Below are positions 11,117 through 20,297 of a DNA stretch of 64,000 nucleotides, piece after piece; position 1 is the stretch's first letter, and each line of letters starts with the position of its first letter. The notes under the pieces were generated by a model. It was not told the DNA's origin. It was given only the letters and a program-made list of their open reading frames with translations, and made no database searches. Location of the stretch: NCBI GenBank assembly GCA_031458775.1, contig JAVKJV010000004.1:34398-98397 (forward strand), read 5' to 3'. The position numbers were made by a program, and so were the translations under genes. The DNA is from Candidatus Fervidifonticultor quartus (GTDB lineage: Bacteria; Sysuimicrobiota; Sysuimicrobiia; Sysuimicrobiales; Humicultoraceae).

Positions 11117-12670
11117 CGCGGGGGCAGGGACCATGCCGGCCTCGGTGGCGTCGAACACCTCGTAGCGGCCCTTTCCCCGGCGCTTGGCCGCGTACATCGC
11201 GAGGTCGGCGTGCCGGAGCAACTCTTCGGCATCGTCCCGGCCGGGCAGCGCCGTGGCGACGCCCACGCTGGCCCTCACCACGACCTCGCCATGGCGAAGC
11301 GCGAACGGCCGTCGCAACTCCTGGATGACGCGATCGGCCACGCCCACCGCGCCGGCCGCCGTGGCTCCGTTCAGCAGGATCGCAAACTCGTCGCCGCCGA
11401 GCCTGGCCACGACGTCGGCCGCGCGCACGCAGCCGCGCAAGCGGTGCGCGACCGCGAGCAGAAGTTCGTCGCCGGTCTCGTGCCCGAAACGGTCGTTCAC
11501 GTCCTTGAAGTCGTCCAGGTCGATCATTAGGGCAGACGAGCCGGACCGCTCGGCATCGTCAGACCGGTCGGCCACGAGCGAGAAGAAGTGCCGGCGGTTC
11601 GCGAGACCGGTCAGGCTGTCGGTCGTCGCCAGCGTGTGCAGGTTCCCCATGAGACGCAGGTTCTCGTTCATGACGATGAACTGACGGGCCATCACCAGGC
11701 TCATGACCCCAACGGCACCGAAGACGAGTCCGCCCATCAGTGCGGTGGCCTGCTGGCGCGCCGCGACGAGCAGCACGATGTTGCCGACGAATACGGCAAG
11801 GTACGGCAGCAGGCTGTGTTCGCGGTCGCGCGGCGCCGGTATCACGGCCGTCGCACCGCCTGACGCCCGTCGCCACTGGTGGACCACGGCAGCCGCCGTG
11901 GCCACGTGGGCGGCCATCCACAGGCCGTCGGGCCAATCGCCGCTCTGGTAGCGGTCGAGCAGCGTGAGATAGCCGTAGGCGAGGTCGGCAACGAAGTACA
12001 TCAGCAGGCCCCCGGCCAGGATCATCAGCGCGTGGCGATTGCCGCCCACGGGCCGTCGGAGCACCACTGCCACGATGCCGAACAGCATGACCAGATCGCC
12101 GATGGGATACGCCGCGGACAATGCTGTCGTGATGGCATCCGTGCCCGCCTCGAGCGCGATGGGCCCCAGCACCAGGTGCCAGACGACCATCCACCCGGAG
12201 AGCACTACCGTGCCCGCGTCGAGCCAGAACTTCAGCCGCTCGCCAGGGCCGCAACGCGAAACCGGAAATCTCAGCAGCCCGACGAGCAGGAGGGGGTAAA
12301 AGAGCAGGTAGCCCGCGTCGGCCGCGGACGGAAACGGCTCAATCCCAAGGATCAGCTCGTAGTATGCCCAGAGGAGATCCCCGAACCAATAAAGGAAGAA
12401 GGCGGCCCCGATCGTGCGCCATGCGGCCCGGGCACGCGGATCCAGCGTGTGGTGCGATCCGACCCGCCACGCGAGCACCGCGGCACCCAGGCTGCCCGGC
12501 AGCACTGCCAGGTCGCCGATGACGACCCTCGTTTCGGGCCCACCCCACTGGAACACCTGCCACAGCCAGAACGCGAGCGCGTAGAGCGCGAGGAGCAGAG
12601 CGCCTATCGTGCCCCGGTCTCGCATCCAGTGCTGGAGGCGGGTGGCCCGCAACTGCCATGCCATCGCCAC
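11111..12670 (-). CDS. membrane-anchored diguanylate cyclase (GGDEF domain)
   Basis: ~330-aa multi-TM N-terminal sensor region, then GGDEF with an intact RLGGDEF-type active site (VARLGGDEFAIL) and an I-site-like RxxD. Confidence 0.8.
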   Translation of the reverse strand: MAMAWQLRATRLQHWMRDRGTIGALLLALYALAFWLWQVFQWGGPETRVVIGDLAVLPGSLGAAVLAWRVGSHHTLDPRARAAWRTIGAAFFLYWFGDLLWAYYELILGIEPFPSAADAGYLLFYPLLLVGLLRFPVSRCGPGERLKFWLDAGTVVLSGWMVVWHLVLGPIALEAGTDAITTALSAAYPIGDLVMLFGIVAVVLRRPVGGNRHALMILAGGLLMYFVADLAYGYLTLLDRYQSGDWPDGLWMAAHVATAAAVVHQWRRASGGATAVIPAPRDREHSLLPYLAVFVGNIVLLVAARQQATALMGGLVFGAVGVMSLVMARQFIVMNENLRLMGNLHTLATTDSLTGLANRRHFFSLVADRSDDAERSGSSALMIDLDDFKDVNDRFGHETGDELLLAVAHRLRGCVRAADVVARLGGDEFAILLNGATAAGAVGVADRVIQELRRPFALRHGEVVVRASVGVATALPGRDDAEELLRHADLAMYAAKRRGKGRYEVFDATEAGMVPAPAS

Positions 12671-12716
12671 CGGACTTGTGCCCGCGTGCCCGCGTGCGCA
12701 GACGTCCTGGAGGGGA

Positions 12717-13106
12717 CTACGCCGGCCGGACGAGCCTCAAGGCTGCGGCGAGCGCACGCCACAACACGAGGAACGCCAGCGTGAGCGTGCCTCCGACCGC
12801 CAGGAACACGAAGAAGCTTCGACCGAACGGTCGCGCCAGCCAGACCTGCCGTACCGCCAGACCGATCGTCACCGAAAGCATCCAGGTGGCCAGGAATGGC
12901 CACGGGCCGGGTCTGGTGTACGTACGCAGGAACCGGGCGACGACCACCCACGCCGCGATCAGCGGCGCAGCGGTCTGCAGGATCTCATACGGGGTGAGTG
13001 CGATCTTGTGGAACCGGAGCCCGAGCACGGTGAAGGCAAGCAGGCTGGCGGTGTCACCCCAGGGCAGCCAGCGTGCGAAGCCGGGTTGGGCCGCGCGCGG
13101 GCTCAC
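12717..13106 (-). CDS. small integral membrane protein (DUF3054-like)
   Basis: Four predicted TM helices. Sits between the GGDEF gene and nuoN. Family assignment is weak. Confidence 0.35.
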   Translation of the reverse strand: MSPRAAQPGFARWLPWGDTASLLAFTVLGLRFHKIALTPYEILQTAAPLIAAWVVVARFLRTYTRPGPWPFLATWMLSVTIGLAVRQVWLARPFGRSFFVFLAVGGTLTLAFLVLWRALAAALRLVRPA

Positions 13107-14578
13107 TTCAGCAGACCGGCAACCTGCTGGACGAACGCCAGGACCCGGGCCGGGAGCACGCCCATCTGCAACACGGCCAACGCGGTGATGACCAGGGCGG
13201 CGTTGACGAGTGGACTCACATGGACACGGAGGCCCGTGCCGCCGGCCGTGTCGCCGGCCACCGCGTCACCGGCCGCGGGCGCGGCGAACATGACGTAGGC
13301 CACGCGAAGATAGTAGTAGACCGAGATCACGCTCGTGAGCACACCGATGATCGCCAGTGTCACGCCCGCAGGACCCGCGTCCACCGCGGCCATGAACACG
13401 CCGGCTTTCGCGATAAAGCCTCCCGTCGGCGGCAGCCCGGCCAACGAGAGCATGAACCACCCGGCTACCACCGCCAGCAGTGGCGCGCGCGCGTAGAGAC
13501 CCGCGTAGTCGTCCACGCGGTCGGCCTCCCGCCCGTTGCGCTCGAGGGCGATGGCGACTGCGAACGCGCCCGTGCCCATCATGGCGTAGACCGCCAGGTA
13601 CGTCAGCACCGCGGCGACGGCCTGCGGCGTGGCCGTCGTCACGCCCACCAGCAGGTACCCGGCGTGCGCGACGCTGGAGTACGCGAGCAGCCGTTTGTAG
13701 CTGGTCTGCGCAAGCGCCGCCAGGTTGCCGACGATCATCGTGATCGCGGCGAGCACACCGAGGATGACGGCCCACTGCCCGGCGAGCGCGCCCAGGGTGA
13801 CCGGGAACACCCTCACCAGCGCGACGAACGCGCCGATCTTCGCGACGACCGACATGAACGCCGCAGCGGGAAAGGGCGCCCCCTCGTACACGTCGGGCGC
13901 CCACGTGTGAAACGGCACCAGCGCAGCCTTGAACCCCAGACCGATCACCAGCAGGCCTACACCCGCGGCTGCGGTCAGGCTGGACGCGTGCTCGGCGAGC
14001 ACCGCAGCCAGGCCGGGCAGGCGCGTCGTCCCGGTGACGCCGTAGAGCAGGGCCACGCCGTAGAGGAAGAAGCCGCTGGCGAAGGCACCGAGCAGGAAGT
14101 ACTTGATCCCGGCCTCCTGAGATCGGCTGCTGGCCCTCGCGAACGCGGCCAGGACATACAGCGGAACCGACAGCGTCTCAAGCGCCAGGAACAGCATCAG
14201 CAGGTCACGGCTGGCGGCCATCAACATCGCACCAACCGTGGACACCAGCAGCAGGAAGTAGTACTCGCCCCGCTCGAGGCGAAACCGCCGCAGGTACTCC
14301 GGCGCGACCAGTACGCCCATCGCCGCCGCGGCCAGCGCGACGGTCTGACCGACCCGTGTCAGGCCGTCGCGCACGTACATCTCCGCGAAACCGGTGCCAT
14401 CCGGCGCCCCCAGCCCGACCATCGTCGCGCCGGCCAGACCGGCGAGACTGATCGCCACCAGCGAGCCGCGCGCGCCGGGATCGAGCCAGAGGTCGACAAG
14501 CAGCACGACGACCGCCGCGGCCAGCACGACGAGCTCCGGCGCGATGAGACGGTACGGCAGGTCGGGAAGCGCGGTCAT
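13103..14578 (-). CDS. nuoN: NADH-quinone oxidoreductase subunit N
   Basis: Antiporter-like subunit. Start placed at MTALPDLPYRL, where the ATG overlaps the nuoM stop (ATGA). The annotated 701-aa ORF has a spurious Arg-rich N-terminal extension overlapping nuoM. Confidence 0.85.
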   Translation of the reverse strand: MTALPDLPYRLIAPELVVLAAAVVVLLVDLWLDPGARGSLVAISLAGLAGATMVGLGAPDGTGFAEMYVRDGLTRVGQTVALAAAAMGVLVAPEYLRRFRLERGEYYFLLLVSTVGAMLMAASRDLLMLFLALETLSVPLYVLAAFARASSRSQEAGIKYFLLGAFASGFFLYGVALLYGVTGTTRLPGLAAVLAEHASSLTAAAGVGLLVIGLGFKAALVPFHTWAPDVYEGAPFPAAAFMSVVAKIGAFVALVRVFPVTLGALAGQWAVILGVLAAITMIVGNLAALAQTSYKRLLAYSSVAHAGYLLVGVTTATPQAVAAVLTYLAVYAMMGTGAFAVAIALERNGREADRVDDYAGLYARAPLLAVVAGWFMLSLAGLPPTGGFIAKAGVFMAAVDAGPAGVTLAIIGVLTSVISVYYYLRVAYVMFAAPAAGDAVAGDTAGGTGLRVHVSPLVNAALVITALAVLQMGVLPARVLAFVQQVAGLLK

Positions 14579-16101
14579 CGGCGCATCGTCTGCGCGGGCG
14601 GCACGACGGTCGCGGTCGGACGCGCCAGCCGCTGCAACGTCGCCTCGACGGCTGCCGCCGAGCGATCGAGCAGCGGCGCCGGATGCAGGCCGATGGCGAA
14701 GATCAGCGCGACCAGCGGCGCGAAGACCAGCATCTCGGTGCCGGTCACGTCCACGAGACGGTCCTGGTGCTTGGCCACGGCGGGGCCGTGCATGACCTGC
14801 TGATAGGCCCAGAGCAGGTAGGTGGCGGAGAGGATCACCCCGCCCACCCCGAGCGCGGCCCACCAGGGCGACTGTTTGAACGCGCCGAGCAGGATGAGGA
14901 ACTCGCCCACGAAACCGTTGGTCCCGGGGAGCGCGGCCGACGACAGCAGCACGATGGTGAAGAGCGCCGCGAACCTCGGCATCAACGTCGCAACACCGCC
15001 GTAGTCCGCAATCTCGCGGCTGTGTGTCCGGTCGTACAACACGCCCACGATGAGAAAGAGCGCGCCCGTGCTCACACCGTGGTTGATCATCTGGATCAGG
15101 CTGCCCTGGAACCCCTGGGTGTTCAGGGCCGCGATACCTAGCATTACGAATCCCAGGTGGCTCACGCTGGAGAACGCGATCAAACGCTTGAGGTCGCTCT
15201 GGGCCCATGACACGATGCCGCCGTAGAGAATGCCGACGATGGCGAGACCGGCGATGAGCGGGGACGCGGCGACGAGCGCGTCCGGGAAGAGCATCGGTCC
15301 AAACCGCATGAATCCGTAGGTACCCAGCTTGAGCAGAAGGGCGGCGAGGATCACGCTACCCGCGGTGGGCGCCTCGGTGTGTGCGTCGGGCAGCCATGTG
15401 TGCAGCGGCCAGACCGGCACCTTCACCGCGAACGCCAGGGCGAACGCGGCGAACAGCCAGGCCTGCGCGCCGGCGGGCAGCCGCATCTCGGCCAGGCGCA
15501 CGAGATCGAAGGTGCGCTCGCCGAGTTGCCCGGCGCCGGCGGCGTGCACGGCGAAGATAGCGATCAACATGAGGACGCTCGCGGCCATGGTATAGAGGAA
15601 GAACTTGATGGCGGCGTACCGCCGATTGGGCCCGCCCCACAGGCCGATCAGAAACGCCATCGGGATGAGGACGGCCTCCCAGAACACATAGAAGAGGATG
15701 AGGTCCAGGCTCAGGAAGGTCCCCAGGACCGCGGTCTCGAGACCGAGCATCGCCAGGGTGAAGGCCTTGACCCGTTCGGCAATCGACGCCCACGAGCCCA
15801 GCAGCGCGATCGGGAACAGGACCGCGGTCAGCCCCACCAGCAGCAGCGAGATGCCGTCGACGGCCACCGTGTAGCCGACGCCGAGCGTCGGCACCCAGAC
15901 GACGCGCTCGGCAAGCTGAAACGATCCGGAGGTCGCATCGAAGGCGCGAAAGACCTTGACCGCAACCGCCAGGGTGGCCAGGCTGGTCAGCAGCCCGGCC
16001 CAACGGATGCCCGACTCGCGGCTCCTGGGAATCAACAGCCCAATCAGCACCGCACCCGCGGCGGGGAGGAAGATCAGTACGGAGAGGAGTCGCCCGTCCA
16101 T
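14575..16101 (-). CDS. nuoM: NADH-quinone oxidoreductase subunit M
   Basis: 508 aa. Motifs WLPDAH and KLGTYGF(M)RF typical of NuoM. Confidence 0.9.
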   Translation of the reverse strand: MDGRLLSVLIFLPAAGAVLIGLLIPRSRESGIRWAGLLTSLATLAVAVKVFRAFDATSGSFQLAERVVWVPTLGVGYTVAVDGISLLLVGLTAVLFPIALLGSWASIAERVKAFTLAMLGLETAVLGTFLSLDLILFYVFWEAVLIPMAFLIGLWGGPNRRYAAIKFFLYTMAASVLMLIAIFAVHAAGAGQLGERTFDLVRLAEMRLPAGAQAWLFAAFALAFAVKVPVWPLHTWLPDAHTEAPTAGSVILAALLLKLGTYGFMRFGPMLFPDALVAASPLIAGLAIVGILYGGIVSWAQSDLKRLIAFSSVSHLGFVMLGIAALNTQGFQGSLIQMINHGVSTGALFLIVGVLYDRTHSREIADYGGVATLMPRFAALFTIVLLSSAALPGTNGFVGEFLILLGAFKQSPWWAALGVGGVILSATYLLWAYQQVMHGPAVAKHQDRLVDVTGTEMLVFAPLVALIFAIGLHPAPLLDRSAAAVEATLQRLARPTATVVPPAQTMRR

Positions 16102-16106
16102 GAGTC

Positions 16107-17981
16107 TCAGCGCAACATCCAGAGCCCGAGGAGCACGACCGTCCCGATCAGGAGCGCCAGCGCGTACTGGCGCGCATACCCGGTCTGAAGTTGCCGGACG
16201 CGGCCTCCGGCGACGGCCAGGCTTCGGCCGACGGCGTTCACCACGCCGTCAATGACGCCGAGGTCCACCGGCCCGGCGAGCCACCGTCCCATCGCGTGGC
16301 ACGGCCGGACGATCACCGCGTCGTAGACCGCGTCCACGTACCACCGCTGTTCCAGGAACGTGCCGAGCCGCCCGAGGCCGAGGTCGCGGCGCCCGCGATG
16401 CGCCAGCGCGCCGACGGCGATCCCGGAGACCGCCGCCAGCACCGACAGGACGATCAGCAAGGCCGCCGGCGGATGCGACGCGCCAGCAGCCTCGTGCACG
16501 GGAAGGACGGTGTGCAGGAAGCGCAGCAGCGGCTCGCCGGCGACGCGCGCGCCGAGCAGGCCGCCGCCGGCCGAGAGCACGGCCAGCAGCGCCATGGGAC
16601 CAAGCATCGTCGGCGATGCCTCGTGGGGGTGAGCATCGGGGTCCGCGGGCCGGCCGAAGAACGTCAGCGCTGCCGCCCGGGTGATGTAGACCGCCGTTAC
16701 GAACGCGGTCAGCAGGCCGAGCCCGTACGGCAGGTAGTTTCCGGTTGTCGTGCCGAGCACGAAGGCCTCTTCGAGAATCAGATCCTTGCTGAAGAAGCCG
16801 GCAAACGGCGGCACCCCGGCCAGCGCGAGCGCGCCGATGCCGAACCCGGCCGCGGTCCAGCGCAGCGGCCGTGCCAGCCCGCCCAACCGGCGCATGTCGA
16901 TCACGTCGTGCATCGCGTGCATGACGCTGCCTGCGGCCAAAAAGAGCAGGGCCTTGAAGAACGCGTGCGTGACCAGATGGAAGATCCCGACGGCCGACGC
17001 CAGCGCGCCCATCGCCACGAACATGTAGCCGAGCTGGCTGATCGTCGAGTACGCGAGGACGCGCTTGAGGTCGTGCTGCCGCAGCGCGATCGTCGCGGCG
17101 TAGAACGCCGTGAGCGCGCCAACCGTCGCCACGACGCCGAGCGCGGCCGGCGCAGCCACAAACAGCTCGTTGAGCCGGGCAATCATGAACACGCCGGCGG
17201 TGACCATCGTCGCGGCATGGATCAGGGCCGAGACCGGGGTGGGGCCCTCCATGGCGTCCGGCAGCCACACGTGGAGCGGGAGCTGCGCCGACTTGCCCGT
17301 GGCACCGGCGAAGAGCAGCAGCGCGGCGGTCGTGGCGATGCCGGCGGGCAGCTGCGCCGCGCCGGCACGGATCGCCGTGATATCGAGCGTCCCCAGGGCG
17401 GTGAAGAGAAGGAACAGGCCCAGCAGGAACGCCGCGTCGCCGATGCGGTTGACGATGAAGGCCTTGCGGCCTGCGGCGGCCGCGACCGGCCTCTCGAACC
17501 AAAAGCCGATGAGCAGGTACGAGCACACGCCCACGAGCTCCCAGCCAACGAAGAGGACGAGCAGGTTGCCCGCGCCGACGAGCAGCAGCATGGCAAACAC
17601 AAACAGATTCAGGTAGGCGAAGTAGCGCGACGGGTGCGGATCGTGCGCCATGTACCCGATCGAGTACACGTGGATGAGGAAGCCGACGCCACTGACCACG
17701 AGGGCCATGGTGAGCGAGAGCGCGTCCACGAGCAGGCTCGCGTCGACGGCCAGCCCGCCTGCCCCGAACCAGGAGAACAGCGGCACGACCGCAGCCCGCG
17801 CGCCCTCGACCGGCGCGGCCCGCTGGTGAGCGACCAGCAAGGTCAGCGCGGTCACCAGACTGGCACCCGTCGCCGCCGACGCGACCACACCAGGGAGCCA
17901 CCGGGGCAGGAACCGGCCCACCAGTCCATTGACCAGCCAGCCTGCAAGTGGCCAGAGGAGCAGCAGCGCGGCTGTCGGCAT
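16107..17981 (-). CDS. nuoL: NADH-quinone oxidoreductase subunit L
   Basis: 624 aa, with the long horizontal-helix C-terminus. Motifs WLPDAMEGPTPVSALIHAATMVTAGV. Confidence 0.9.
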   Translation of the reverse strand: MPTAALLLLWPLAGWLVNGLVGRFLPRWLPGVVASAATGASLVTALTLLVAHQRAAPVEGARAAVVPLFSWFGAGGLAVDASLLVDALSLTMALVVSGVGFLIHVYSIGYMAHDPHPSRYFAYLNLFVFAMLLLVGAGNLLVLFVGWELVGVCSYLLIGFWFERPVAAAAGRKAFIVNRIGDAAFLLGLFLLFTALGTLDITAIRAGAAQLPAGIATTAALLLFAGATGKSAQLPLHVWLPDAMEGPTPVSALIHAATMVTAGVFMIARLNELFVAAPAALGVVATVGALTAFYAATIALRQHDLKRVLAYSTISQLGYMFVAMGALASAVGIFHLVTHAFFKALLFLAAGSVMHAMHDVIDMRRLGGLARPLRWTAAGFGIGALALAGVPPFAGFFSKDLILEEAFVLGTTTGNYLPYGLGLLTAFVTAVYITRAAALTFFGRPADPDAHPHEASPTMLGPMALLAVLSAGGGLLGARVAGEPLLRFLHTVLPVHEAAGASHPPAALLIVLSVLAAVSGIAVGALAHRGRRDLGLGRLGTFLEQRWYVDAVYDAVIVRPCHAMGRWLAGPVDLGVIDGVVNAVGRSLAVAGGRVRQLQTGYARQYALALLIGTVVLLGLWMLR

Positions 17982-17984
17982 GGG

Positions 17985-18287
17985 CTACCCGCGCAGGAAG
18001 TCCACGTCGTCGATGTTGGTGGTCTCACGCGTCTTGAAGATGTCGACGATCAGGGCCAGGCCCACGACGACCTCCACAGCGGCCACCACGAGGACGAAGA
18101 ACACCGCCACCTGCCCCTCAATCGACAGATGCTGGCGGGCAAATGTGACGAAGGCCAGGTTCACCGAGTTGAGCATCAGCTCGACCGACATGAACACGAT
18201 CAAGGCGTTCCGCCGGATCAGGACGCCCAGCGCGCCGGTGGTGAACAGCACCGCGGAGAGCACCAGGAACGCCGACGAGGGGACCAT
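17985..18287 (-). CDS. nuoK: NADH-quinone oxidoreductase subunit K
   Basis: 100-aa 3-TM protein ([15 protein letters not shown]...) with conserved Glu residues (SVELMLN ... [11 protein letters not shown]). Confidence 0.85.
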   Translation of the reverse strand: MVPSSAFLVLSAVLFTTGALGVLIRRNALIVFMSVELMLNSVNLAFVTFARQHLSIEGQVAVFFVLVVAAVEVVVGLALIVDIFKTRETTNIDDVDFLRG

Positions 18288-18288
18288 G

Positions 18289-18798
18289 TCAGCGCTCCCC
18301 CTCGCCGGCGCCGGTGCGGCGACCGAGCACCACCGCCGCGACAACACCCACGAGCAGGATCACTCCGGCCAGTTCGAACGGTAACAGGTACGTCGTGAAC
18401 AGCGCCTCGCCGACCCGCTGGGCGGTGCCGAAGCGCTCGGGCGGCGGGGCAAACGCGCCGGCAGCCGCGAGCGCCGCGGACAGGAGAATCGCCAGGTAGA
18501 GGGCGCCGAAGACCAGGGCGGCCACGCGCTGGCGGGGCAGCTTGTTGACCGGTCCCTCCGGGGTGCCTGCCTGCAACAGCATGATGACGAATAGAAACAG
18601 CACGACGATGGCACCGGCGTAGATGATTACCTGGAGCGCCGCGATGAACTGCGCGGCCAGGACAAGGTACATCACCGCCAGCGCGACCAGCACCACCAGC
18701 AGGGCGATGGCGCTGTGCACCGGTTGTCTAGCTGCCACGAGCGCGACGCCGCCGGCGACAGCCAGCGTGGCAGCGGGGACGAAGATGACCCATTCCAT
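18289..18798 (-). CDS. nuoJ: NADH-quinone oxidoreductase subunit J
   Basis: 169-aa membrane protein with NuoJ/ND6-like topology. Confidence 0.8.
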   Translation of the reverse strand: MEWVIFVPAATLAVAGGVALVAARQPVHSAIALLVVLVALAVMYLVLAAQFIAALQVIIYAGAIVVLFLFVIMLLQAGTPEGPVNKLPRQRVAALVFGALYLAILLSAALAAAGAFAPPPERFGTAQRVGEALFTTYLLPFELAGVILLVGVVAAVVLGRRTGAGEGER

Positions 18799-18805
18799 GG
18801 CGACC

Positions 18806-19279
18806 CTAGACCTCGCGCCTGGGATCGCGGCCTGATGCGCCAGGATACGGTTCCGTCAACATGTCCTTAGTGTAGATCAACGACTCCCGTGTATACCCCG
18901 ACAGTTCGTAGTCATGGCCCAGCACGATCGCGCCGGTCGGGCACGCCTCCTCGCAGAAGCCGCAGAAGATGCATCGCAGCATGTTGATCTGAAACTGCTC
19001 GGCGTGGCGCTCGCCCTTGCTGACCTGCCGCTCCGGGGTGTTCTCACCGGCCTTGACATAGATCGCCTGCGAGGGACACACGATCACGCACAGCTCGCAG
19101 CCGACACAGCGCTCCATCCCGTCGTCGTACCGGGTGAGCCAGTGACGCCCCTTGAAGCGCGGCTCGACCTTGGTCTTGACCTCCGGATACCGCGTGGTCA
19201 CCGGGCGCCGGAACAGGTAGCGCCCGGTAATCAGCAGACCGCGGAGCATGGCGAGGGCCTGGCGCCATCGCGCGGACAT
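18806..19279 (-). CDS. nuoI: NADH-quinone oxidoreductase subunit I (2x[4Fe-4S] ferredoxin)
   Basis: Two CxxCxxCxxxCP motifs (CVGCELCVIVCP and CIFCGFCEEACP). Confidence 0.9.
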   Translation of the reverse strand: MSARWRQALAMLRGLLITGRYLFRRPVTTRYPEVKTKVEPRFKGRHWLTRYDDGMERCVGCELCVIVCPSQAIYVKAGENTPERQVSKGERHAEQFQINMLRCIFCGFCEEACPTGAIVLGHDYELSGYTRESLIYTKDMLTEPYPGASGRDPRREV

Positions 19280-19282
19280 GCG

Positions 19283-20269
19283 TCAGCGCCCCACCAGCGT
19301 CAGGACGACGGCGGTCACCATGACGTTAAGCAGCCCGATCTCGATCAGCACCTTCCAGTTCAGCCCCATCAACTGGTCGTGCCGGACTCGGGGCAGCGTC
19401 GCCCGGAGCCAGACAAAGAAGAACGCGAACGCGAAGGTCTTGACCGCCACCCAGTGCACGCCGTCGACAAACGGGCCGTGCCAGCCACCGAGAAACAGCG
19501 TCGTGGCGAGCAGGCTCATGGTGACGATGCCGACGTACTCGCCGATGTAGAACATCGCGAACTTGAAGCCGCCGTACTCGGTGTGGAATCCCGCAATGAG
19601 CTCCTGTTCGGCCTCGGGCAGGTCGAACGGCGCCCGGTTCGTCTCGGCGATCGCGCCGAGTAGAAAAAGCACGAACGCCACGGGCTGCGTGACGACAAAC
19701 CACAGGCGCTGTTGGGCGTTGACGATCTCGACCAGGTTCAGCGTGCCCGCAGTCAGCACGACCGCGACGACGGCGAGCCCCAGCGTCAACTCGTAGCTGA
19801 TGACCTGCGCCGACGAGCGCAGGCTCCCCAGCAGCGAGTACTTGTTGTTGGCTGACCAGCCGCCCAAGATGATACCGTAGACGCCGACCGACGACGCACC
19901 GAGCACGATGAGAATGCCGATGTTCACGTCCGCGATACGCAGCGGCACCGTGTAGCCGAAGAGCGTCACCTCCGGGCCGATTGGCAGCACCGCGTACACG
20001 AACAGCGCGGCGATCATCGAGATCGCCGGCGCGACCCAGTAGACGAGCGGGTCCGCGCCCGCCGGCATGAAGTTCTCCTTGAAGATGAGCTTCACCGCAT
20101 CGGCGATCGGCTGCAGCAGCCCCGAAGGCCCGACGCGCACCGGGCCGTACCGCAGCTGGAACCTGGCGACGAGCCGCCGCTCCAGCAGCGTCATGTACGC
20201 GCAGATCATCAGCACGAGCGCCAGCATCACCGCGCTCTTGACCACGGCCTCCACCGCGACCGCGGTCAT
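19283..20269 (-). CDS. nuoH: NADH-quinone oxidoreductase subunit H
   Basis: NuoH/ND1 signatures (LLERRLVARFQLRYGPVRVGP; GGWH). The start may be the internal Met (MTAVAVEAV...); the longer ORF overlaps the nuoG end. Confidence 0.85.
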   Translation of the reverse strand: MTAVAVEAVVKSAVMLALVLMICAYMTLLERRLVARFQLRYGPVRVGPSGLLQPIADAVKLIFKENFMPAGADPLVYWVAPAISMIAALFVYAVLPIGPEVTLFGYTVPLRIADVNIGILIVLGASSVGVYGIILGGWSANNKYSLLGSLRSSAQVISYELTLGLAVVAVVLTAGTLNLVEIVNAQQRLWFVVTQPVAFVLFLLGAIAETNRAPFDLPEAEQELIAGFHTEYGGFKFAMFYIGEYVGIVTMSLLATTLFLGGWHGPFVDGVHWVAVKTFAFAFFFVWLRATLPRVRHDQLMGLNWKVLIEIGLLNVMVTAVVLTLVGR

Positions 20270-20297
20270 CGCCGCCTCCCTCCGCCCGCGCGGAGGC

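Noticed and set aside
13073-14803. 576-aa plus-strand ORF (and similar 15379..16188, 16191..18398, 20736..21743, 22624..24243, 24672..25745)
   Set aside because: All lie antisense to nuo genes that have unambiguous motifs. The translations are Arg/His/Asp/Gln-rich junk.
13103-15208. 701-aa version of nuoN (also 292-aa nuoB, 311-aa nuoC, 465-aa thiL, 616-aa M24, 622-aa thyX ORFs)
   Set aside because: The N-terminal portions overlap upstream genes and are Arg-rich with no homology. Internal starts with coupling overlaps or RBSs give canonical-length proteins.
16249-17901. 550-aa minus-strand ORF inside nuoL
   Set aside because: Same strand as nuoL but out of frame. Arg/Gly/Pro-rich; the in-frame NuoL translation carries all the conserved motifs.
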